Shown here: piece after piece, positions 1-10,500 of the stretch
Layout: each line of letters starts with the position of its first letter
How positions within the stretch are numbered: the first letter of the stretch is position 1
Source: Proteromonas lacertae
Taxonomy: Eukaryota
Direction of reading: 5' to 3'
Assembly (NCBI GenBank): GCA_002245135.1
Contig: NGBS01001237.1
Location: 1 to 37,652 of the forward strand
Length of the DNA stretch: 37,652 nucleotides
The notes under the pieces: model-generated
The model's input: the letters and a program-made list of their open reading frames with translations, nothing else
The model's database searches: none
What the model was told of the DNA's origin: nothing
Position numbers and translations under genes: made by a program

Positions 1-738
1 ATGGTAATAAGTTCTTACAGCTATTCTAATTAATAACCAAGATTATTAATTTATCAATCGTCATATAAGATACTGTCTATAGAACATAATATAATGAAGA
101 TACTAGATAGTGCAGTAAGAACTATCAAAAATATGTTCTATAGATATTTAAATACTTTAGATGATGAAGAATTTGATAAATTAAATAATCTTAACGGTCT
201 AATTAATATAGTAAATACTGTAGTATTATATTATAATTCAAAACCACATAGTTCGCTTAATGGCTATACACCAAATGAAGTTCATAATGATTTTGAATTA
301 CAAGATTTGTTTTATAAAGAATCAAGAGAAAGAAATAGAAAACGAAGATTAAAAGATGCTAAATTTAATAAAATGAATATGTTAGAGTTAAAGAGAGAAG
401 AAGAAATAAGTTAGATAAAAGCAGATATTTTAGTGATAAAGTTTATATGATTGATAAAAAGACACCTTTTTCTTATTCATTAAAGAATATAGATGGATCA
501 ATTCCTTCTGAATTCAATCCTAAAAACCTTGGATTATTTAAATTTAAACCTTATGAATTAAGAAAAATTAAGAATGCAATTAAAACTAAAGGTAGATTTT
601 AGATTAAGTGCAATAAAAAGCATAAATTCAAACAAAAATGATAGTGATAAAAATGATAGAGTAGCATATATTGTACCTAAAAACATAAGAAAGAGTTCTT
701 TTGGTAGAACTATAAGACCTAATTCAAGATATACATAA
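1..738 (+). CDS. Retroviral-like (rve) integrase, C-terminal part, 5'-truncated and frameshifted
   Basis: ORF 94..414 has ILDSAVRTIK (cf. VERFNRTLK) and YYNSKPHSSLNGYTPNEV (cf. YNxxxHSxxGxTP). A shifted frame continues DKVYMIDKKTPFSYSLKNIDG...FKPYELRKI, a Polinton-type C-terminal domain. The last segment ends KSSFGRTIRPNSRYT* at 736-738. Confidence 0.8.
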
Positions 739-897
739 AATAAAAAATTAAATTAACTATATGATTTAATATTTTGATTTTATTAAATTAAGCTTGAAAT
801 CATCAAACATTTCTATAAAAAACGGTTTCTCTTGATTTTGAAATCATTTTTCATTTCCTATTTTCTCGTTACCTATTTCACAATTTCTTTTTAAAAA

Positions 898-2481
898 ATG
901 AGTATTCGTGTTAAGCACAGTTCACCAAGAGTTGAAGAAGAAAATTCTTCATCAAAAACATCAAAAGTTGTTAAGAAGGGTCAGCAACATGTAGATAAAG
1001 CTAAAAAAGTAGAAGAACCACCACCTAATCAAAAAGGAGGTATATTTATATATATATATATATACATAGGTATAACTCAGAGGTTTAGTAGAAAGAGTTA
1101 TAATGCCATAGATGTAAAAGAATGGATCAAGATTAAAGTGTTATCAACGCATATCATTAATTTTTGCGATGATAAAATTAAATACATTCATTATACCAAT
1201 TCACCAAGTTTATTATCTTTAACACCAGTCATCCAGTATGCAGAAGCAATAAATCGCTTCTTTAGCTGCATTAACAAAAATCCGTCTTATCTAAATGGAA
1301 ATGTCTTTAAAGAACTTAGATGATGTTTTATCAATAAAGCCCATATGCTGTGGGGTAACAATTTCGATTCAGATGTAAAATTATTAGGTGGTGTAAAGAG
1401 AAAATCAAACAATAATGATGGAGATGTTGATGTTGATGATAAACCTAAAAAAATTCGTAAAGTTGCTACAAGGAAACCATCTGTTAAAAAATCTGAAAAG
1501 TCTCTTAAAGAATTAAATGATGAAGCATTAAATGACAAAGAAACAGACTGGGTAATGTGAAGACAATGATTTTGAAGATGATGATGATGAAGTCATTAAA
1601 ATAAACATTGTAAAAGGTAAAGTTGTTGATGATGTAAAGGTTGCTGATGTAAAGGATGATAAAGCTGTTGTTGATGTAAAAGCTGATACACCAAAAGTTG
1701 AAGTTAATAAAAAGATTGATGAAGTTGTTGCTGATGTAAAGGTTTCTAATGTAAAAGCTGATACACCAAAAGTTGAAGTTAATAAAAGATTGATGAAGTT
1801 GTTGCTGATGTAAAGGTTTCTAATGTAAAAGCTGATACACCAAAAGTTGAAGTTAATAAAAAGATTGATGAAGTTGTTGCTGATGTAAAGGTTTCTAATG
1901 TAAAAGCTGATACACCAAAAGTTGAAGTAATAAAAAAGATTGATAAAGTTGTTCCTGATATAAAGGTTTCTAATGTAAAAGCTGATACACTAAAAGTTGA
2001 TGTTGTACCAAAAAGTATCATCAATCCAGATACTATAAAGGAAATAGAGCAAGCAAAATCAGAACCGGAACATTATACCAAACACAACTGGGCAACAAGA
2101 AATCGATTTATTCAACCATCATTAAAACCGATAGCTCCGAAAATAGATGTTTCAATTAATGAACCACCACCAATAATAAATCAATCACTACCACCACCAT
2201 TACCTCCGAAACCTTTGGTAAAGATTGTACCAAAACCGTTTGGTACAATCGTAAAGAATTCAGGTCAAGTCCAGTATGATGTCTTCAAACGAAAATTGGA
2301 ATATGAGAATGAATTGGAAAAGCAAATAGCTGCTTTAAAAAAAGTATATGTACAAAAATTAAAAGAAGAAAATCCTGAATTAAACTTTGATGAAGATGGT
2401 AATATAATCACTAATGAACCAGATGATATTGAATTTAGTCCAGCTTATGATGGTAGTATATTTGATGATTTCTTACAATAA
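898..2481 (+). CDS. Orphan Lys/Val/Asp-rich element protein with a 25-aa repeat and Pro-rich segment; one gene broken by indels/stop, probable 30-nt intron at 1040-1069
   Basis: ORFs 898..1323, 1345..1560 and 2215..2481 share frame 1, which is also open from ~1790 to 2481. The repeat encodes VKADTPKVEVNKKIDEVVADVKVSN. 1040-1069 is GTATATTT...CATAG. Confidence 0.6.
1674..2000 (+). repeat. Coding tandem repeat, 75-bp unit, ~4.3 copies
   Basis: ATGTAAAAGCTGATACAC starts at 1674, 1749, 1823, 1898 and 1973. The second copy is 74 bp (one A missing), which shifts the frame. Confidence 0.95.
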
Positions 2482-2611
2482 ACAAATCATAAAAAAACAC
2501 TTTGTTAAGTTATACCTTATCTTTATATTAAAAAGGTACTTTAAAGAATTGAATTATTTTTTGTTTTGTTTTGGGTTTTATATCTATTATATAAGTTATA
2601 TATATTATATA

Positions 2612-2959
2612 CTAATTATTCTTTTTTTCATTCATATCTATATCAATATCTTCTATATATGTATTAAGTGATCTATTTGAATGAACTCTTGATACTTTTG
2701 GTGAAGGTGGAGGCATTGATCTAGTCATAAAAGTCGACATTGGTATTGTTGTTATTGGTGTTACAGGTTCATCTAATATTTTTGATATATCTTCTGGGCA
2801 ATGTCTCCGATATAAATACACACATATTTTTTTAATTTTATTTAAAACCCATAAACCTAACAAAAATAATACTATATACATCTCATTTTTAAGTGAATCA
2901 ATTGTAGTTGATACATCTTTTAATGAATTCATTAAAGATGTATTTGATGAAATATTCAT
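2612..2959 (-). CDS. Small single-pass membrane protein of the element (115 aa)
   Basis: Intact ATG ORF with hydrophobic stretch MYIVLFLLGLWVL, then a basic patch and a Pro/Thr/Ser-rich tail. Confidence 0.6.
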   Translation of the reverse strand: MNISSNTSLMNSLKDVSTTIDSLKNEMYIVLFLLGLWVLNKIKKICVYLYRRHCPEDISKILDEPVTPITTIPMSTFMTRSMPPPSPKVSRVHSNRSLNTYIEDIDIDMNEKKNN

Positions 2960-3101
2960 TATATATTTTTAACTCTAATATGATAAGAAATACCTAAATA
3001 AAACAATAATTATATATTTAACAAAAAAAATTATATTGAATGTTTTTTTAAACAATGATGGTATTTTTTAATACAGATATTACAAATGTTTTGATAAGTC
3101 A

Positions 3102-3728
3102 TTATTTCTTTTTTCTCAACATACCGCAATAATAACATCTCATCAGTTGACTATCACTTATAACTTCATCTTTATATAAATTTTTATATGTTTTTAATCT
3201 TAACTTAAATCTAAGACAACCTTTACATAAAAATGTCATAACTTTATCATTTAATTCTTCCTTACCTAAATAATCATTATCATAGAACAATGAACAGCAT
3301 CTACACTGAAATACCTCATGCATTAAATTAAGAATTGATTTCTTTTGTTTTAATAAATTCTTATAACACTTACAATATGCTCTGCACTGATTGCACTGAT
3401 GAAAATATTCATTAGTTTTAGTATTTTTAGTCAAATCAGTTAGTCTAAACATCTTCTTACACTTACCACACTTAGCAAATCTTGTTCTATCAATTTCATC
3501 ATTAATTGATAAATATGGATTACTAATTAACCCTTTTTCTTCAGATAAAGATGGAACAGACTCCTTTTTATTTTTATACTGTAATCGTAATTTTTCTCTG
3601 CATGCTATACAAGTTTTATATATAGAACCATTTGATTTTCTTCCCATTTCATAAAGATTGTATATAGTGCCACATGTACGACAACATGTTTTTAATCCTT
3701 CTATATTTTCATCTTCAAAATAACTCAT
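3102..3728 (-). CDS. Multi-C4 zinc-finger repeat protein (3 full fingers; a 4th is completed by a frameshift near 3110)
   Basis: Repeated CxxC-x~20-25-CxxC units: CRTC..CIAC, CGKC..CNQC, CRCC..CKGC. After CYYC, the partner CNIC lies in another frame past an A-run. Confidence 0.75.
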   Translation of the reverse strand: MSYFEDENIEGLKTCCRTCGTIYNLYEMGRKSNGSIYKTCIACREKLRLQYKNKKESVPSLSEEKGLISNPYLSINDEIDRTRFAKCGKCKKMFRLTDLTKNTKTNEYFHQCNQCRAYCKCYKNLLKQKKSILNLMHEVFQCRCCSLFYDNDYLGKEELNDKVMTFLCKGCLRFKLRLKTYKNLYKDEVISDSQLMRCYYCGMLRKKK

Positions 3729-3842
3729 TTTTTATATTTTTAGAAAAAGAGCAAGAAAAATGAAAATGAAAGTAAAATGATAAATTATGAAAAACCCAAT
3801 AAAAAATCGATATTTATAATTCAATGATTATCATTTATTTTT

Positions 3843-4319
3843 CTATTTTTTTATATTTCTTTTCTGTTTTTTTAAAATACAATAAGGACATAGTTTATAA
3901 TATGATCCATCTTTCTTTTTGTAAAACAGATTTATATTATATTCATTAATGCAATTAGTACACTTTTTCACTAATTCATTATTCAAGTGAGAATGTAAAG
4001 CTTCTTTATAATTTCTTTTAGCATATCTTCTTGTTTGCTCATTACAGTAATTACATGTTTTTAAATAAGAACCATCTTCTTTCTTACTAAAATTATCTAA
4101 TGTATACATTTTTTTACAATGTTTACACAGTTTCATTACTTCATTATTTATATTAAAAGTTATTTTAACCTTTTTTCTATTTATTTTAGCTCTATATCTA
4201 CATGTATTACAACATTTATGATAATTACCATTCTTAAATTTATCAAATAATTCTATTTTAAAACTATGTTTACATATACTACATTTTCTATATATATTAT
4301 CAATATTAGAGTTATTCAT
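3843..4319 (-). CDS. Triple C4 zinc-finger repeat protein, paralogue of 3102..3728
   Basis: Three ~53-aa units of CxxC...FxKxxxGxYxKxCxxC. Upstream TTTTCTTGCT..TTTTT.TAAAAA is shared with the neighbouring gene. Confidence 0.8.
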   Translation of the reverse strand: MNNSNIDNIYRKCSICKHSFKIELFDKFKNGNYHKCCNTCRYRAKINRKKVKITFNINNEVMKLCKHCKKMYTLDNFSKKEDGSYLKTCNYCNEQTRRYAKRNYKEALHSHLNNELVKKCTNCINEYNINLFYKKKDGSYYKLCPYCILKKQKRNIKK

Positions 4320-4486
4320 TATCTTTTTTTTTTAAAAAAAGAAGCAAGAAAATTTCAAATGAAAATCTTATCGAAATTATAGTGTTAAAAAACACTTGGA
4401 TTTTCGATTAATTTATTGGCTTATGTTATTTTTAATCAACTAATAAAAACAAAATTCAATCAAAGAAAAGTATTAATAATTAAGTA

Positions 4487-5224
4487 TTAATTAGTTTTAT
4501 CTTGTAATACCTTCTTGGTGATCTTCTTTAAGAGTTTTGTTTCTAGGTTATGATGCTTAAACAACTTATCTTCTAACTCCTTCTTCTTAAACATTACATC
4601 ATAATATCTTTGTAAGTCCATTGACAAGTTTACATCAGCTGCTATTTTAAAGCTTAACTCTTCTCTAATTGCCTTTACTCTCTTTCTTCCGTTTCTAATA
4701 CGATTACCAACTAAGCTCTCATTTCTCAGCTTCTTTATCTCTTCATAAGTTAAGGTGTCCTTATCTGGTAAATTTGTACTGAATGATGCAATTACCATTG
4801 GAGGCTCTTCAGGATGATAATCATAATGAGCAACAATTGGTGGTGGTAGAGGAGGCTCTTGAACAGTAGAGTTAATTAAACGTCTAACATTTGATTCTGT
4901 ATCAGGTGGAGTTGTTGGTGAGTATAATGGTGATTTTTCTTTTGGTGGCTCACCATTGGGTGACTCAATTTTGATGGATAAAGACCTGTATGGATTAAAA
5001 GGGTTAAATGAAGCACCTGTTACTGGTACACCTATAAATTATAATATAATATAAGTTATACTATATTTTGGTCTTTTGATACCAGCAGCCTTATCTTCTA
5101 AATAAATTGTCTTACAAATTTTTCTGATTTTAGGATTAGAGATACTATCAATATCTCTCTCATAATCACTATCTGTATCACTATCACTATCAGATACGTA
5201 AACAATTTGATGTAAGTGAGACAT
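4487..5224 (-). CDS. Two-exon orphan element protein (235 aa): acidic N-terminus, Pro-rich middle, basic helical C-terminus; intron 5061-5032
   Basis: Removing the 30-nt GTATAAC...TTTATAG joins ORF 5039..5224 to a frame open down to 4487. Exons are 163+545=708 nt; the junction reads KRPKYS|VPVTG. Confidence 0.75.
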
Positions 5225-5426
5225 GTTAATAAAGCAAAAAATATTTTATGCTGAAAAGTTCAGGAAAATGTCGAATGAATTCAAGATGCAATTTTTATAT
5301 TGTTAAAATAAAATTGATTTATTTGATGATTTATCATTCATTTGATAAATTCTTGATGTTTTTGATGATTTATGCATCAAATATTATAAAAAAATAATTA
5401 CATAATAATGATTAAATAGATCTAAC

Positions 5427-5441
5427 TAGGGTTAGGGTTAG
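5427..5441 (+). repeat. Telomere-like repeat TAGGGTTAGGGTTAG (2.5 x TTAGGG) in the element's subterminal region
   Basis: Direct reading; ends 46 bp inside the putative terminus at 5487. Confidence 0.8.
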
Positions 5442-5487
5442 TGACTTATAGATGTAGCGACCTGTTCTACCCCGGGGCTTTGCTACT

Positions 5488-5561
5488 GTAGAGAAAAACT
5501 ATAGATTTGTACAGCTATACTGATTATGATGTAGAACTTTTCCGCAAAATTATTAAACATT
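5488..5561 (-). pseudogene. 3' piece of an interrupted host gene (possibly ABCA-transporter-like)
   Basis: Removing 5562-12470 plus one TT joins 12540->12471 to this piece in frame: EDMNKQDILVFPYPEYPV-MFNNFAEKFYIIISIAVQIYSFSL. FPYPxY before a hydrophobic helix resembles ABCA ectodomain/TM2 junctions. Confidence 0.55.
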
Positions 5562-5574
5562 CACTATGAGAATT
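5562..5574 (+). repeat. Left TIR CACTATGAGAATT
   Basis: Exact reverse complement of 12458-12470; starts with CACTA. Confidence 0.93.
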
Positions 5575-6211
5575 TTCTAAGTGCTTTTTTTGTCTTTTTT
5601 GTTATTTATCTCAGCAACTAAAAGGAATTAGAAAATAAAAATTTCACAAATTGTGACTAATGTTATAAGGTCTATGAAAATATACTTAGTTACTATATTA
5701 CCTGATTTAGGTAATTTTTTCATTTGTCAGTTTATTTAAATTAATTTTCTAGATATTACTAAATTACATCATATATTTTTGATTTTAATAATTATTAACT
5801 CAAAATTCTGTTTTTATCACTCAAAAAATGAATTTAAAAAAACAAAAAAGTTCGTGAGATTTGAGTCAAAATTGGACATTTTTGAGCTTTTCAGCCGAAG
5901 GAGGAATCATATTTAAATGGCTTTATAAGATTTTCCGGGAAATGGGATTTGCAAATTTTTAGTATGCTTATTTTTGAATAGGAGGTGAATGGTATTTGAG
6001 TGGTAATTCCATATTTTCGTAATTTTATTGGATTACAATATAATATATCAGGTATCTATTTTGTAGTAATAATATTTTTAACTAATTCACCCTAATTATG
6101 GAGATATTCCTAATAGTACATAGAATCAATAGGTGGTGTATATGGTTGTATAATATTTAAACACAATAAATAAATATAAAATACTTAAAATTACTTCTAC
6201 AGTACTTTAAT

Positions 6212-7040
6212 TCACTTCATTCTCTTCTCTTCTCTTCTCTTCTCTTCTATACTGATAGTATCCTTTAAATACTCATTGTTACTGTTATAAGAATCATTAA
6301 ATACTTCCTTAATCTGATCTGAATAACATAGCTTTATATCATTCACATTATATCTATCATACTGATTTTTCTTTAACATTCCATTTACACATCTTCTTAA
6401 ATTATTACTATAACAAGATGGTAATTCCTTTATTTCTTTATGCACTATTAACAATATAATATAATATACTAATTAAATATTCAATTTCTTTGTATTATTT
6501 GATAGAAAAGGTAAGTTAAATTTCATCATACAATATAATACTACTCCTAATGACCAAATATCCACTGGATAATTATATTTCTCACTTCGTAGTATCTCTG
6601 AAGTTAATAAATCACCAATTTTAGGGTTGTTTTTCTCATCTAGAAATATGTTAGAAGGTTTTAAATCTCTATGCATAATATGATATGATGATATACTTTT
6701 CTTTGAATTGATAATTTCTTTGTTTCTTATATTCTATCAGTTGATCTAAATCACCATTTGCTATACATTCCATTGCAATATTTAACCTCTACATAAAAAC
6801 TAAAATATATATACTCTTTGTTCTACAAAAGTGTTGTAATAATGAAGGAAATTGGAATGGATAAGTCTTCTTAATATTAATACTTCTTGAATTGCTTGTT
6901 TACGATTTGCTACGGTTAATATCTTCACTTTCCAAACAACTTCAAATACTCCATTTCCCATTTGACTAACAAAAGTAAAGCTTAAAATTATACAGCCAGG
7001 AATATAGAAACCAGTTTGTAGTGGGCTGCAGATTGTGGTC
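6212..7040 (-). pseudogene. Degenerate NEK/NIMA-like Ser/Thr kinase inside the transposon
   Basis: Present: MGNGVFEVVWKVK, QAIQEVLILRRLIH, LNIAMECIANGDL, MHRDLKPSNIFLD, DIWSLGVVLY, LPSCYS..ML. Missing: the VAIK strand, helix E and the activation segment (IGDLLTSE instead of GDFG...PE). Short introns are retained. Confidence 0.8.
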
Positions 7041-7507
7041 TATAAACATATATGAAATACACTAGTCATACTTTATTCTTGTAGTGATAAATAGATTTTT
7101 GTTGTTATCAATTACATGGTGTTAGGGTTAGATTTCCATGTTGCAATTACTATATCTCTGATTACTTTCTGACTAGTGAATGTGGATAAACTAATGTATT
7201 CAAAAATATTAAAATTACATCCTCTGTAAGTTGTTCCTGTGAAATAAGAATAGAATTTACAAGATATCCTACACTCTTTGTTAACAATGTTGTTTTCTAC
7301 ATATCTAAAAAATATATTAACACTTATACGTCCTCTACTTTTCTAACACATATATTAATTAGTAATTGACATTAAAAATCTAGAAATTCTTAAAACTTCT
7401 AAAATATTCTTTATAGTCATTAAGGCTAAATTACTAATATAAAGCTATATAAAATAAGCCTCGTTTTCAAAATAGAATTTAATTTTTAGTTAATTTGATA
7501 ATTAACA

Positions 7508-10500
7508 ATGGGCATCCTTGATTATATATCATCGATATATCCACTTGTTAAAGCAAATAATATATTTTATAATTTTAATAATATTTTAATATATGATGAA
7601 GAATGTTTATTAGATACTTCTTTGTTTTATAATATTATCCAAATTCCAAATCCAATATATTTAGATAAATTAATAAAACAATATCAACAGTACAATATAT
7701 ATATCAAATCAGAAAACGAATTTATCATATTAGCAGCTATGAGATATAACTTAATTTTAATATATAACAATTTATTTTATCATACATCTGTAATTAGGTA
7801 TTTTCTAATGATGCAGTTCAAATTTGATAATATATATACTACTAATAATAGTCAAGATGATTATGATGACTTACTCTTTTTATTGATTTTATATAGAAAT
7901 ATTTACAGTTATAATGAAATTATTGAAAAATATATAATATTAAAAAAGAAAATTAAAAATTTCAAATGTAATATATCTACTGTTTTAAGTAATATGAATA
8001 ATAGAAACAGAAGTAATAATATAACAGATAATCTATCAAATGAATGTAATATTATTAATTATTATTACCCACAATTATACGATATAAATACAATAATAAA
8101 CACTCATCTTACTAATATTCCAAATAATAGTAATAATATTCCTAACATAAATTACTGTAAAGATAATTACACTATCCTGAAATTAATAAATAGTAATATT
8201 TTTAATAATTCAATTAATAATAATATTATAAGAATAACAGATAAATTAATACATAAAATATTATCAACAACAGTATATTATGGATTTCCATATTATTTAA
8301 ATGAAATAAATGTTAAATATATTCAAAACAAAAAGTATACATTTATAAAAAATAAAAATAGAAAACCTAATGACGAATATACAATTAAACAATTTAATAC
8401 AATTAAAAAATCTATAGCAGAGAAAGGAGAAGAAATATACTACATTGTATGTGATAAATATAATAACTATTTTTCCATTAATAATTTAAATTTGGAAGAT
8501 TTATCTCAAAATTCTTCTATCAGAAAAAAAAGTAATAATAATATAACTAATAATCAATATTCAATTAATAATAATAATATAAATAATCAATATTCAATTA
8601 ATAATAATAATAATATAAATAATCAATATTCAGATAATAATAATAATAATAATATAAATAATCAATATTCAGATAATAATAATAATAATATAAATAATCA
8701 ATAATAATAATAAATAATAATAATAATAAATAATAATATAAATAATCAATATTCAGATAATAATAATAATAATATAAATAATCAATATTCAGATAATAAT
8801 AATAATAATAATATAAATAATCAATATTCAGATAATAATAATAATAATATAAATAATCAATATTCAGATAATAATAATAATAATAATATAAATAATCAAT
8901 ATTCAATTAATAATAATAATAATATAAATAATCAATATTCAGATAATAATAATAATAATATAAATAATCAATATTCAGATAATAATAATAATAATATAAA
9001 TAATCAATATTCAGATAATAATAATAATAATAATATAAATAATCAATATTCAGATAATGATAATTTAGATGATATATATACTAACTATGAGGATAATGAT
9101 ATTATTTACAATGATTATTATGATAATGTAAATAACTGTTCATATGATGATAATAATATTAATACTTTAACAGATGGAGATCTTTTTCAAATTTATTTAT
9201 TGGATTTTTTCTTATCTAATGGAATAAGTCAAGCTAAGTGTAATACATTTCTAAATAAATTAAATAGTATTGTATCATTAAAAATTCTTAATATCAAATC
9301 AAATATCAAATCGTTATCTAAGCATGTTAAGAACTTAATAAATTATAAAAAACCTTCATCCACTTATACTTCAATTAAAAATTCTCTAATAAAAATGATT
9401 AAAAAGAAAATAATAATAAATCCGTTGGCATCTAATGGTGAAAAATACAAACATTTTACCACATCTAATAATTATAATCTATTATATTCTAATGATATTA
9501 ATCAAACTTACAATCATATATGTATACAAATCTCTTACGATGGTGTATGCTTGTCACCATTTTCTAGTGTAAATAAATCAGTAAATATATTATCTTATAA
9601 AGTCATGCATGTGTATAATGATTCTCGTCTTGTTGAGATTATAGCAGTTGATGATGATAAAGTAACTAAAGAAAGAAATATAGATTTACTTGTTAAGGAA
9701 CTGAATTATCTGTATTATACAGGATTTGAATTAGATGGAGAATTCTATAATATCTATCCTTTGTCATTCTGTAATGATATGGTTGCAAACATTAAACTAT
9801 TCGGATTATTTAATTACATTACTTCAAACAAGTTTTGTCGGACATGTAATGCAGGATATAGAGATATTAAAGAGAAATATTTAATAAATAAACAATTAAA
9901 AACACTTAGAGTAAAAGATACAATGAGAGCGTATAGAAAGGAAGATTGGAACAAATATAATAACGAATATGGCTATAAAGAACATAAATTGTGGAAATTG
10001 TATAATAATTATACCTATACAAAATATCTTTTGGATAACAATCGTAGTTTAAGTCCTTTCTTTACAGATCTAAATTTCTTTGACATTAGCTTGATTACAT
10101 TTGATAGTATGCACAATATGTGTAATGCAATACGACCTTTCTATGAACATGTAATTAAAGAAGTATATATACCTGATTTCCATACAAAAATTACACCAAC
10201 TATTCACCAACTAGATCTTAAAAATATATCAAAGTACAATTTAGTACAGCAATTGAATATTTTTCTTGATCTTTTCCCATTATTGCTACTAACAAAATAT
10301 AGATATAATAAAATATACCATTCATTGTTTAGATTAATAGATGTTATGAATAATGTACTCTTTTATGAGTTTAGTGATTGTACTACAGAACAACTTTACA
10401 GTGTATTGATGGATTGTCTGATTATTCTTGAATTTAATTATAAAGACTTTACTCCAAGTATGCACTCTTTGGTACATATTATTAAATATCTACAGGATAT

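Larger units (their letters stand above)
1..5487. mobile_element. Right-hand part of a Polinton/Maverick-like element or endogenous MELD/Polinton-like virus (left part outside window)
   Basis: Integrase at 1-738 is followed by compact orphan, virus-like ORFs. The minus strand from 5487 reads AGTAGCAAAGCCCCGGGG, resembling AGT-starting Polinton termini, exactly where a host reading frame stops. No pPolB, capsid or ATPase lies in the window, so the class is inferred. Confidence 0.6.

Noticed and set aside
1674..2000. CRISPR-like array
   Set aside because: Units are contiguous and near-identical with no unique spacers, and encode a peptide repeat.
5453..5490. TGTAGCGACC as an LTR start, or the hairpin as a Helitron end
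   Set aside because: No second LTR, PBS or gag/RT; no CTRR end at the right spacing and no RepHel gene. The host frame resumes at 5488.
7118..7131. Second telomere-like word GGTGTTAGGGTTAG
   Set aside because: Under two units and explicable as minus-strand coding sequence (WKSNPNT).
7508..7930. XRN/PIN-like nuclease in the transposase N-terminus (SENEFII, DDLLFLLIL)
   Set aside because: Resemblance is too faint and catalytic motifs are not conserved.
8702..8713. TAA reassignment (ciliate-type code)
   Set aside because: Long AT-rich ORFs lack in-frame TAA/TAG, Gln runs use CAA/CAG and genes end in TAA. These stops arise from local indels.
8598..8906. Minus-strand Tyr-rich ORF (NIDYLYYYY)n
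   Set aside because: Antisense shadow of the AAT minisatellite.
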